Of a stretch of 64,000 bases of DNA, positions 48,542 through 57,392 are shown piece by piece. The DNA lies in contig CAZIFU010000057.1 of assembly GCA_964539075.1 (NCBI GenBank), positions 22,153 through 86,152 on the forward strand, written 5' to 3'. The position numbers and the translations under genes were made by a program. The DNA is from an uncultured Verrucomicrobiota bacterium (GTDB lineage Bacteria; Verrucomicrobiota; Verrucomicrobiia; Limisphaerales; CAZIFU01). Under the pieces are notes generated by a model, which was given only the letters and a program-made list of their open reading frames with translations, searched no databases and was not told the origin of the DNA. Numbering within the stretch: position 1 is the first letter of the stretch; every line of letters starts with the position of its first letter.

Positions 48542-49705
48542 GTGAAAAAACTTCTCATCATCGAAGACGATCCCGTCATCGCCAACATCTATCGCAGCAT
48601 CTTCGAAAAAGACAACTACCAGGTCGAGGTGGCCACGGATGGACAAAGCGGCTTTTACAAAATCCACGAAGCGCGCCCCGATATCGTGCTTCTGGATCTC
48701 ATGCTGCCGATCATCGGCGGGGTGGACATCCTGAAAAAAATCCGGGCCCAAAAGCAGTTTGAAAAACTGCCGGTGATTGTGTTCACCAACGCCTACCTGC
48801 CCGACATGGTGCAGGACGCCATCAAAGCCGGGGCCATAAACGTCTTCAACAAAGCAACGCTGGCGCCCCGGGACATCATCCAGGCCGTGCATGACGCGCT
48901 CTTTGCCCCCACCCGGCCGGCCGCGGCGGACGCCACGGCCGGAACCACGAAGATGGCCCGGAAGGAAGCCGCGCCCAACAGCGCAGGCGAACTGGACGAA
49001 AGCTTCCTGGAGAACACGCCCGAACTGCTGGCCTCGTTGCGCAGTTTCCTCCAGACGATGGTCAAGAGCGAGGACGAAGCGACCCGCCTGGCGCAATTGA
49101 ACGAACTTTACCGGAAGGTCCACGCGGTCACCAGCGGCGCCGGCATCTCGGGCCTGCGGAGCATTTCCCACATGTGCGCCGCCTTGGAAGCCCTGCTCAA
49201 GGAGCTGTACGAAAAGCCCAAAAGCATCAATGCCTCCAACCTGCGCACGATCGCCCACTCGATTGATTTCCTCGGCGTGCTGTTCAGTTCCCACCGCGAA
49301 ACCGAGGACCAAAAGCCCGTCAGCATTTTGGTGGTCGATGACGAAGTGCTTTCCCGCAAGGCCTTGATTCTGGCGCTGGAAAAAGCCGACTTGAAACCCA
49401 TCAGCGTCCAGGACCCCAACGTCGCCTACAGCCTGCTGCTCGACAATCAGTTCGACCTGGTGATTCTGGACGTGGACATGCCCGGCATGACGGGGTTTGA
49501 GTTGTGCACCAAACTGCGCACCCTGCCCAACTATAAAACCACGCCCGTCATCTTCGTCACCGCCTTGAGCGACTTTGACAACCGGGCCAAATCTAGCATG
49601 AGCGGCGGCAACGATTTGATCGCCAAGCCGTTTTTGTTTATGGAACTCAACGTCAAAGCCCTGACGTTTGTGCTCAAAAACCGCTTGCAGCAGGCCAAAA
49701 CTTGA
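48542..49705 (+). CDS. REC - Hpt-like - REC phosphorelay protein (no output domain)
   Basis: ORF 387 aa: IVLLDLMLPIIGG, central helical segment with HAVTSGAGISG (Hpt-like His), LVILDVDMPGMTG. Confidence 0.8.
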   Translation: MKKLLIIEDDPVIANIYRSIFEKDNYQVEVATDGQSGFYKIHEARPDIVLLDLMLPIIGGVDILKKIRAQKQFEKLPVIVFTNAYLPDMVQDAIKAGAINVFNKATLAPRDIIQAVHDALFAPTRPAAADATAGTTKMARKEAAPNSAGELDESFLENTPELLASLRSFLQTMVKSEDEATRLAQLNELYRKVHAVTSGAGISGLRSISHMCAALEALLKELYEKPKSINASNLRTIAHSIDFLGVLFSSHRETEDQKPVSILVVDDEVLSRKALILALEKADLKPISVQDPNVAYSLLLDNQFDLVILDVDMPGMTGFELCTKLRTLPNYKTTPVIFVTALSDFDNRAKSSMSGGNDLIAKPFLFMELNVKALTFVLKNRLQQAKT

Positions 49706-50052
49706 GCCGGATGGGCAAAGAGCCGCGCCAGTAGAGCCGATCCCCGCGTCGGGCTTGACTCGCTCTCCGTCCAAATCGTCGTCTGCCGCGGGGATTGTGG
49801 CATGAAGAGACACCGATCTTTTAACATCGAACAACGAACTCCGAACCGGCCGCTGACCGGTGCGTCGTTCGATGTTTGGTGTTCGAGGTTGGTTCCGTTT
49901 GGTTGCGGCTGCGCCGCCTTAAGAAATGTGCCGGCTTGCCTCGTGTGAATAGTTCACCTGCCAGCACAACAACCTCCGCCTCGAATCTCCCCTGCCCGCC
50001 TGGCACCCTCCCCGAGCCTCAGGCCGAAATCCCCTCGGTGCTGCGCGCCGAG

Positions 50053-52341
50053 ATGCGAAAACGACTCAGCCCCGCCGCGACCGGTCTCGGTCTGCTCCTC
50101 GCCATCGCCTCCGTCCACCAGGGGTTGATGGTGCCGGCAGCAGCCGCCAGGCCGCTGGTGACCCTGACCGCGGTCAGCGCGGCCATTTTTTTCCTGATTC
50201 GCTGGCTGACCGCTTACGCTTCCCCCACGCTGCGGCGGATCCACCCGCTGGCGACCTGCATGGCGGGACTGGTCCTGGCCAATGCCCTGGCCCGTTTGCA
50301 GGTTACCCCCGATCCGCGGCAGACGATTGACCTGATGCTGCTGCTCATCGCCGCCGGCTGGTTCTTTCTTTCCACGCGCTGGCTGTTGTTGCTCATTGTT
50401 GCGACCTGGTGCGGATGGCTGTTGGTCGGGCCGCTGCGGGAACGACTCCCTTGGAACGCGGAATTGCCACCGGCTGTGGACCCGTCGTCCGCCTGGTGGC
50501 TTTATGGAATCGGACTCTCGTTCGCGACGCTCCTCTCCCTGCTCATTCGCTGGAACCAGGCCGGGCAAATCCGTGATTCATTGCGCCTGCGCCAGTATCA
50601 GGAATCGCCAGCCGACCGCGCCGCCGGCCCGGCGGGGGAAATGCAGGAACGAGAGGAACGCTACCGCCGCCTGTCCGACGCGTCCATCGAAGGAGTGGCC
50701 ATGCATGAATACGGCAAAATCCTGGACACCAACCTCGCCCTGGCCACGATGCTCGGCTACCCGGTCGCCGGCCTGGCGGGCAAAAATATTTTGGACCTCG
50801 TCACGCCGGAATCGCGCCGCCAGATTTCCGCCACCCTTTTCCTGGGCAACTTCAAATCAACCGAGGCCGTCGCCCGCCGCAAGGACGGCTCCACCCTGCC
50901 GGTCGAGTTGTTCAGCAAATCGGTCGCTTTTCGGAACCGCACGGTCATGGTCACGGCCCTGCGGGACATCACCGGGCGCAAACACATCGAGGAGGTCATC
51001 GCCCTGGAGAAGCAACGGCTCGCCCAGCAATACCGCCAGCAAGCCGCCCTCGCCGGAATGAACGTGGCCATTGATAAACCCGACGAACTGGCGGCCGTGT
51101 TTAGTCGCATCGCCGAAGTGGCGACGGAAATTCTGCCCGCCGGCGGCGGCGCCTGTATCATCCTTGCCGACGAAAAAACCGGCGGCTGGAAAATCGCCTC
51201 CATCCTCGAACCCCAGCGCATACCGCAGCCCGTCATCGAGAAACTCGCCGCGCCCGGCGGAGCCACCGAATGGATCACCCGCAACCGGCAATCGCTGATC
51301 GTCTCGGACATGGCCTACGATCCGTTCGCGGCGGAGCAACAATTCATCGAGCAGGGCATCAAAGCTTACGCCGGGTTCCCGCTGCTCGATGAAGGAACGG
51401 TTTTCGGGGTTCTGTACGCCTTCGACATGCATCCACGCACGTATCATCATGCCGACTTGAATTTTCTCAGCGCCCTGGCCAGCCGCGCCGCGGTGGCCAT
51501 CGTCAAGGTGCGGCTCTTCGAGCAGATGCGCAACGCGAACAATCAGCTGGATTCGCAGCGCGCCGAGTTGCAGTTGAAAAACATGGACCTCGCCGAAGCC
51601 AAGGAATTCGCCGAACGCGCCAGCCGCGCCAAGTCGCAGTTCCTCGACACGATAAGCCACGAACTGCGCACGCCGATGAACGGCGTGCTGGGGATGACCG
51701 GCCTGTTGTTGAGCACCGAACTGAGCGCCGAACAGCGGGACTACGTCGAAACCGCCCAGCGCAGCGCCGAAGCGCTGCTCAAATCCATCAACGAGATTCT
51801 CGACTTCGCCAAAATCGAGACCGGCCAATTCCGACGGGAAGCCCGCGCTTTCGACCCCCGCCAACTGGTCGAGGCCACCGTCAAATTCTTCCTCCCCGTC
51901 GCCCAGGAAAAGCAGCTCGCCTTGTCGGCCGGGGTCGCCCCGGAAATTCCCCCCACGCTGCAAGGCGATGCGCCCCGCATTCAGCAGGTGCTTCACCATC
52001 TGGTCGCGAACGCCATCAAGTTCACGCGGCAGGGCAATGTTTCCCTCCGGGTCACCCGGGACCAAGAGACCGACAACGAATGGCAACTCCGCTTTGAAGT
52101 CCAGGACACCGGCATCGGCATCGCGCCGGAAATACGGCCACGCCTCTTTCTGCCCTTCAGCCAGGCCGACGGGTCGGCCTCGCGCAACTTTGGCGGCCTC
52201 GGCCTGGGACTGGCGATGGCCAAACAATTGGTGACGCTGATGCAAGGCCACATCGGCGTGGACAGTGAGGCCGGCCAAGGCTCGACGTTTTGGTTCGTTC
52301 TCGGCCTGAAAAAATCGCCCGCCGCGCCGGCCGCCCCTTGA
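50053..52341 (+). CDS. Membrane sensor histidine kinase: multi-TM - PAS - GAF - HisKA - HATPase
   Basis: ORF 49876..52341, plausible start MRKRLSPAATG at 50053. About 6 hydrophobic helices. SHELRTPMNGVLG, FGGLGLGLAMA. Confidence 0.85.
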   Translation: MRKRLSPAATGLGLLLAIASVHQGLMVPAAAARPLVTLTAVSAAIFFLIRWLTAYASPTLRRIHPLATCMAGLVLANALARLQVTPDPRQTIDLMLLLIAAGWFFLSTRWLLLLIVATWCGWLLVGPLRERLPWNAELPPAVDPSSAWWLYGIGLSFATLLSLLIRWNQAGQIRDSLRLRQYQESPADRAAGPAGEMQEREERYRRLSDASIEGVAMHEYGKILDTNLALATMLGYPVAGLAGKNILDLVTPESRRQISATLFLGNFKSTEAVARRKDGSTLPVELFSKSVAFRNRTVMVTALRDITGRKHIEEVIALEKQRLAQQYRQQAALAGMNVAIDKPDELAAVFSRIAEVATEILPAGGGACIILADEKTGGWKIASILEPQRIPQPVIEKLAAPGGATEWITRNRQSLIVSDMAYDPFAAEQQFIEQGIKAYAGFPLLDEGTVFGVLYAFDMHPRTYHHADLNFLSALASRAAVAIVKVRLFEQMRNANNQLDSQRAELQLKNMDLAEAKEFAERASRAKSQFLDTISHELRTPMNGVLGMTGLLLSTELSAEQRDYVETAQRSAEALLKSINEILDFAKIETGQFRREARAFDPRQLVEATVKFFLPVAQEKQLALSAGVAPEIPPTLQGDAPRIQQVLHHLVANAIKFTRQGNVSLRVTRDQETDNEWQLRFEVQDTGIGIAPEIRPRLFLPFSQADGSASRNFGGLGLGLAMAKQLVTLMQGHIGVDSEAGQGSTFWFVLGLKKSPAAPAAP

Positions 52342-52398
52342 GCCGCCGGCCGCCGCTGCGGTTTTGACAACCCCCCCGGCACCGGCTAGCGTTGCCGC

Positions 52399-52887
52399 AT
52401 GGATTCCCTCCACGCCCCGTGGCGAATTCAATATATTCTGGCGCCCAAAAGCCCGGCGGCCGACGCGTCGCTCTTCACCACCATCGCGCAGTCCAGCGAC
52501 GATGAGGCCCATTACGTGGTCGCCCGCGACCGCACCTGCTACGCGTTGCTCAACACCTTCCCCTACAACGGCGGCCACCTCATGGTCGTTCCCTACAAAC
52601 AGGTCCCCGACTTCAACGGACTGACCGACGAGGAAATGTGCGACCTGATGCACCTGACCCGCCGCTGCCAGAACGCGCTCGCCAGGGTGATGAAACCCGA
52701 CGGCTTCAACATCGGCATCAACCTCGGCAAGATCGCCGGCGCGGGCATCGTCGAGCATCTCCACATTCACGTCGTGCCGCGCTGGTATGGCGACACGAAT
52801 TTCATGCCCGTCGTCGCCAATACCACCGTCATGCCGCAGGCCTTGTCGGAATTGGCCGCGCAACTCCGCGCGGCGCTGGCCCGATGA
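52399..52887 (+). CDS. HIT family hydrolase
   Basis: ORF 162 aa with histidine triad HLHIHVVPRW. Confidence 0.88.
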   Translation: MDSLHAPWRIQYILAPKSPAADASLFTTIAQSSDDEAHYVVARDRTCYALLNTFPYNGGHLMVVPYKQVPDFNGLTDEEMCDLMHLTRRCQNALARVMKPDGFNIGINLGKIAGAGIVEHLHIHVVPRWYGDTNFMPVVANTTVMPQALSELAAQLRAALAR

Positions 52888-52972
52888 CATTGCCCTTCTC
52901 CAATTTCAAATCGGGAACCTGCCGCGGCGCCTGTTGCCTCGTGAATCGTCAGTCGTAAATTGCAAATCGAAA

Positions 52973-53935
52973 ATGCCCTCCGAGACCCTCCACTTCGAGA
53001 ACGCCCGCTTCGCCCAGCAACTCTTCAACAACGACACCCGCAATCTCCAGGCCCTGGAGGAGCAGCTTGAAGTCAAGGCGACCGCCCGCGATGGCTGGAT
53101 CAAACTCGAGGGCCCGGCCGAGGCCGTGGAGCGCGCCCGGCAGATGTTCCAACTGCTCGAAGCCTCGCTCAAATCCGGCTCCCCCATCCGCAACCGCGAA
53201 TTCGCTTATGCGCTCAACGTGGTCCATCACGACGGCATCGCCACGCTCAAAAGCCTCTTTGCCGATCGGATTTTGACTTCGCCCAAAAAGCCCGCCGTCA
53301 CGCCCAAAACGCCCGGCCAGAAAAAATACCTCGAAGCCATCCGCCAGCACGACGTGACCTTCGGCCTCGGACCCGCGGGCACCGGCAAAACCTATCTGGC
53401 CATGGCGATGGCCGTGTCCGCCCTGCGCGAAGAAACCGTCGCGCGCATCATCCTCACGCGCCCCGCCGTGGAGGCCGGCGAAGCACTGGGCTTTCTGCCG
53501 GGCGATTTGCAGGAAAAACTCGCGCCCTACCTGCGCCCCTTGCACGACGCGCTCATGGACATGCTCTCCGCCGAGGAAATCCAGAAACACATGGAACGCG
53601 GCACGATTGAAATCGCGCCGCTGGCTTACATGCGCGGGCGCACGCTCAACCACGCTTTCATCATCCTGGACGAGGCCCAGAATTCCACGGCCGAACAGAT
53701 GTTCATGTTCCTCACCCGGCTGGGCCACAGCGCCAAGGCCGTGATCACGGGTGACCCCACCCAGATTGACCTGCCAGCCCACAAACACTCCGGCCTGCTC
53801 GAAGCCCATCGCGTCCTCCAAAAAGTCGAAGGCGTCGCCATGGTGGAATTTCAGAAGCGCGACGTGGTCCGCCACATCCTCGTGCAACGCATCATCGGCG
53901 CCTACGAGCATCACCGCGGCAAAGCTCATGAATGA
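52973..53935 (+). CDS. phoH: PhoH family ATPase
   Basis: ORF 52787..53935, start MPSETLHF at 52973. Walker A GPAGTGKTYLA. IILDEAQN. Confidence 0.9.
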   Translation: MPSETLHFENARFAQQLFNNDTRNLQALEEQLEVKATARDGWIKLEGPAEAVERARQMFQLLEASLKSGSPIRNREFAYALNVVHHDGIATLKSLFADRILTSPKKPAVTPKTPGQKKYLEAIRQHDVTFGLGPAGTGKTYLAMAMAVSALREETVARIILTRPAVEAGEALGFLPGDLQEKLAPYLRPLHDALMDMLSAEEIQKHMERGTIEIAPLAYMRGRTLNHAFIILDEAQNSTAEQMFMFLTRLGHSAKAVITGDPTQIDLPAHKHSGLLEAHRVLQKVEGVAMVEFQKRDVVRHILVQRIIGAYEHHRGKAHE

Positions 53936-54485
53936 GGTCTGCCTGCGCAACCGCCAGCGCACCCGGCCGGTTGACCTCCGTCTGCTCCGCCGCATCGCCC
54001 TCCGCTTGCTGCGCGAACACCTGCGCGCCGCCGATTTCGAACTGTGCCTCCACCTCGTCGCCGCGCCGGAGATGGCGCGCATCAACGAACAATTCCTCGG
54101 ACACCAAGGCTCGACCGACGTCCTCACCTTCAACTATTCGGACTCCGACACCCAAAATCCCGGACGCCAGGCTTTGCGCGGCGAACTCTTCCTCTGCCTC
54201 GACGCCGCCGTGGCCCAGGCCCGCCGCTTCCGCACCACCTGGCAAAGCGAACTGGTCCGCTACCTCGTCCACGGCGTCCTGCACCTGCTCGGCCATGACG
54301 ACACGCGTGTCGCCGACCGGCGCAAAATGAAATGGGCGGAAGATCGCCTGCTACGCCGGCTCACGGAGCAATTCCCGTTGCGCAAGCTCACGCGGCGGCC
54401 GGTGAGGCGAATCATTCGTAAATCGCAAATCGCCAATCGTAAATCTCCAGCGCTTTGCCTTGAGCCGGCCCGGACGAAAACCTAG
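53928..54485 (+). CDS. ybeY: rRNA maturation RNase YbeY
   Basis: Within ORF 53751..54485, start MNEVCLRN at 53928 (8-nt overlap with phoH). Zinc motif HGVLHLLGHDD. The C-terminal ~25 codons translate a repeat arm (54414-54445). Confidence 0.85.
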   Translation: MNEVCLRNRQRTRPVDLRLLRRIALRLLREHLRAADFELCLHLVAAPEMARINEQFLGHQGSTDVLTFNYSDSDTQNPGRQALRGELFLCLDAAVAQARRFRTTWQSELVRYLVHGVLHLLGHDDTRVADRRKMKWAEDRLLRRLTEQFPLRKLTRRPVRRIIRKSQIANRKSPALCLEPARTKT

Positions 54486-54494
54486 AGTCGTGGC

Positions 54495-55157
54495 ATGAAA
54501 GGTTATTTCGCCGTTTGGCGGGCCAATTTCTATGCCGGCCTGGCCATCGTGCTGCCCGCGGTGATTTCCCTCGCGGTAGTCAAGTGGCTCTTCGGCACCG
54601 TTTCCAATGTCACCGACGCGCTGCTTTTTTTTCTGCCCAAAGACCTGACCCACCAGGCGGCCGGGACGGGATCGATGCATTGGTATTGGAGCCTGGCGGC
54701 GCTGGCGCTGGCCGTGCTGCTCATCGGCTTGATCGGCCGGTCGGCCCGCAATTACCTCGGCAAAAAAATGATCCGTCTCGTGGATGCCTTTTTGCTGCAC
54801 GTGCCGTTGCTCAACAAAATTTACGGCGCCATCAAGCACGTCAACGAAGCGTTTACTTCAACCGATAAATCATCCTTCAAGACCGTCGTGCTGGTGGAAT
54901 TTCCGCGCCCCGGCCTCTACTCGATCGGCTTCATCACCAGCGAGCAACATGCCGAAGTGCAGGCCCGGATGAAGGAGAAAGGGGTTTGCGTGTTTGTCCC
55001 CACCACGCCCAATCCGACCTCCGGTTTTCTGCTCCTGGTGCCGGAAGAAAAAGTCACCAAGCTCGAGATGTCCGTCGCCGACGGGATCAAATACGTGATG
55101 AGCCTTGGCTCGATTGCGCCGGACTACGCGCTGCCGGACAAAAAGCTGAAGGACTGA
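54495..55157 (+). CDS. DUF502 family membrane protein
   Basis: ORF 220 aa: two N-terminal TM helices, VVLVEFPRPGLYSIGFIT, PTTPNPTSGFLLLVP. Confidence 0.8.
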   Translation: MKGYFAVWRANFYAGLAIVLPAVISLAVVKWLFGTVSNVTDALLFFLPKDLTHQAAGTGSMHWYWSLAALALAVLLIGLIGRSARNYLGKKMIRLVDAFLLHVPLLNKIYGAIKHVNEAFTSTDKSSFKTVVLVEFPRPGLYSIGFITSEQHAEVQARMKEKGVCVFVPTTPNPTSGFLLLVPEEKVTKLEMSVADGIKYVMSLGSIAPDYALPDKKLKD

Positions 55158-55197
55158 CCTCTCCTGATGCCATGCGCCAGGACTATTCATTTAAGAA

Positions 55198-55292
55198 ACA
55201 TCCAACATCCAACATCCAACGCCCAACATCCCATGGTTGGGCATCCGGACGTTCATTGGGAATTGGATGTTGGATGTTGGATGTTGGATGTT
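55198..55292. repeat. Heptamer-array inverted repeat (AACATCC x4 facing TTGGATG x4)
   Basis: aacatccaacatccaacatccaacgcccaacatccca ... tgggaattggatgttggatgttggatgttggatgtt. Ends 8 nt before the recO ATG. Confidence 0.85.
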
Positions 55293-55299
55293 CATTGCG

Positions 55300-55929
55300 A
55301 TGATCGAGTCCGCCACCGGCCTGATTCTGCGCACCCGACCGCTGACGGAGACCAGCCTCATCGTGCAGTGGCTCACGCCGGAGTTCGGACGCCTCGCCAC
55401 CGTCGCCAAAGGCGCGCGCCGGCCCAAATCTCCCTTTCTCAGCAAGCTCGATTTGTTTTATCTCGCCGATTTCAGCTTCTACCGCAGCCGCCGCTCCGAT
55501 TTGCATATTTTAAGTGAAGTGAGCCTGCGCGACACGAATGCCGCGCTGCGCCAGGACCTCGCCCGTCTTCAGCAAGCCGCCTACGGCACCACGCTCATCG
55601 AGCAGACCACCGAGACGGATACGCCGCTGGCGGGAATTTTCGGGTTGATGAGCGGTTTTTTGAAACATCTGGTGGAACAACCGCCGCGACCGCAAACCCT
55701 TTTCGCTTTTGAAGTGAAACTGCTCGCGGAACTGGGGCTGCAACCCAGGCTGGACAAGACCTCGCTTACGCCCGGGGCCCGACAAATCGTTGAAAAGCTG
55801 GCCGGCGCCGATTGGCCCGCGATTGGCCGCCTGAAACTCAGCGAGGCGCAAACCACCGAACTGCGCCAGTTCCTGCACGGATTTTTGATTTTCCACCTCG
55901 GTAAGATTCCAAAAGGGCGAAGTCTTTGA
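55300..55929 (+). CDS. recO: DNA repair protein RecO
   Basis: ORF 55237..55929. The first 21 codons translate the heptamer repeat. Start MIESATGLILRTRPLTETSLIV at 55300. Confidence 0.85.
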   Translation: MIESATGLILRTRPLTETSLIVQWLTPEFGRLATVAKGARRPKSPFLSKLDLFYLADFSFYRSRRSDLHILSEVSLRDTNAALRQDLARLQQAAYGTTLIEQTTETDTPLAGIFGLMSGFLKHLVEQPPRPQTLFAFEVKLLAELGLQPRLDKTSLTPGARQIVEKLAGADWPAIGRLKLSEAQTTELRQFLHGFLIFHLGKIPKGRSL

Positions 55930-55961
55930 CCGTTCATTTTCGCCGGGAAAAGCGGAGGAGG

Positions 55962-56048
55962 GCCACCGCACTCCAGGACGCTGACGCGCCATCTGCCGCT
56001 CCCGAAGTGCGCGAAGCGTCTTGGAGTGCGCCAGCCCTCTGGCGCTTT
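55962..56048. repeat. Rearranged partial copy of the long-hairpin repeat (outer arm halves only)
   Basis: cgcactccaggacgctgacgcg and gcgtcttggagtgcgccagccctctggcgcttt match the outer parts of 1665-1744 and 5974-6053 but lack the loop. Confidence 0.7.
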
Positions 56049-56219
56049 TAAGATGCACGAGTTTTATCCAGCTTTGTTGGTCGCATAATCAAACTTCAAG
56101 AAGATTAAAGACGCGTGCAAAACAAACTGGCTAACGGTCGCGGAAAGGATTTTGCAAATGAGGGACGGATCGGCGGGAAATAACTTTGCGTAGAGCGCGA
56201 ACGCTGATACCTTGCCAGC

Positions 56220-56717
56220 ATGAAATGGGAACAGCTTTGTGACGACAAAACCCTCGAAGGGATTCCCTACCGCGTCGAGCTTACCCGCAACGGTCAACTC
56301 GTTATGAGTCCACACCGAAGCTACCACAGCATTTACCAGAGCCGGATCATACGCTGGCTGAACAGTCTGTTGCCCGACGGCGAGGCGATGCCGGAGTGCC
56401 CCATCGCAACCAATGTCGGCGTGATCGTGGCGGACGTGGCGTGGGCGTCGCCAAAGAAAGTGAAACGCAACTTCGATCTGCCGAACTGGTCAGAATCGCC
56501 GGAAATCGTCGTGGAAGTCTTGTCCCCGTCGAACGCCGGCGACGAAATCCGCAAGAAGCGTGAAGCCGTCTTCGCCAAAGGCGCTGCGGAATTTTGGATC
56601 TGCGACCGAAATGGCACGCTGCAGTTTTTCGACCCGCGCCGACGGCTGGCAAAATCGCGGCTTTGCCCGAAATTCCCCGGCAGCGTGGCTACGCCGCGTT
56701 CGAACTCACGCCACTGA
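56220..56717 (+). CDS. Uma2 family (DUF820) PD-(D/E)xK endonuclease
   Basis: ORF 165 aa: VADVAWAS...PEIVVEVLSPSN...AAEFWICD. Confidence 0.8.
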   Translation: MKWEQLCDDKTLEGIPYRVELTRNGQLVMSPHRSYHSIYQSRIIRWLNSLLPDGEAMPECPIATNVGVIVADVAWASPKKVKRNFDLPNWSESPEIVVEVLSPSNAGDEIRKKREAVFAKGAAEFWICDRNGTLQFFDPRRRLAKSRLCPKFPGSVATPRSNSRH

Positions 56718-56767
56718 ACGAACGCTCGCGAGTGACCCCCGGCAAACGCGCTCCTCGAAGGCAGCAT

Positions 56768-56947
56768 CTACGGCGTGGCGGTAGCACTCCGCGAAGTAAT
56801 GCCCGCGCAAAAACGCTGGTGCAAATCACCCAAAGCATAGTGGTATTCCTGTTTGCAACGCTTCCATTCGCTGCTCAAAGGATCGAGGTGGTTGGCGAAT
56901 CGGTCGTAGAGCGCGGCCAGCCGGGCCAGTTCCGCCGGCGGAATCAT
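56768..56947 (-). CDS. Small hypothetical ORF (59 aa), ATGA-coupled to the upstream interrupted ORF
   Basis: My translation: MIPPAELARLAALYDRFANHLDPLSSEWKRCKQEYHYALGDLHQRF.... Below the ORF-track size cutoff. Coding status uncertain, and the 3' end may be frameshifted at a T5 run. Confidence 0.3.
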   Translation of the reverse strand: MIPPAELARLAALYDRFANHLDPLSSEWKRCKQEYHYALGDLHQRFCAGITSRSATATP

Positions 56948-57276
56948 GCGTAGAGCGCCAGCATCTCGGACGCGGCATGGCGAATCTCCAGGATGCGGTC
57001 CAGTGAAGGATGAACGCCGGAATGTTTCGTGGCCAGGCTCTGGACGCGTTTGGCGGCGCGGTCAATAACATCGAGAGTTTCACGCCAGACGGCGGCCGCG
57101 CGCGCCATTTCCTGCTCGCGTCGAACCGCTAGAACGGCGAAGCGGTAGAGCGAGAGGAGAAAGTTCTCAATCTCCGCCAGTTGCGCGTCGAACTGGTCTT
57201 CCGTCGTGCGGCTGAGTTATTCCAGCGCTTCTTCGTTGGCGCTGCGCAATTCCGACAATTCCAAGGTCAACGTCAT
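56944..57276 (-). pseudogene. Small helical-protein ORF interrupted by an in-frame TAA (57217-57219)
   Basis: My translation: MTLTLELSELRSANEEALE*LSRTTEDQFDAQLAEIENFLLSLYRFAVLAVRREQEMARAAAVWRETLDVIDRAAKRVQSLATKHSGVHPSLDRILEIRHAASEMLALYA. Protein-like on both sides of the stop. Confidence 0.4.
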
Positions 57277-57392
57277 GGTGGGAACATTACGCCGGTAATC
57301 AGGCTCAGGCAAGTAGCTGATCTAGTTCGGCAACAGATGCCTTGCGCTCTTGGTAATGTTCGGTTGGCTTGAGCACGTCGAAAGGTTTTGGC

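Noticed and set aside
56064-56767. - strand ORFs 56064..56327 and 56333..56767
   Set aside because: Antisense to, or overlapping, the Uma2 gene, which has the family motifs. No features of their own.
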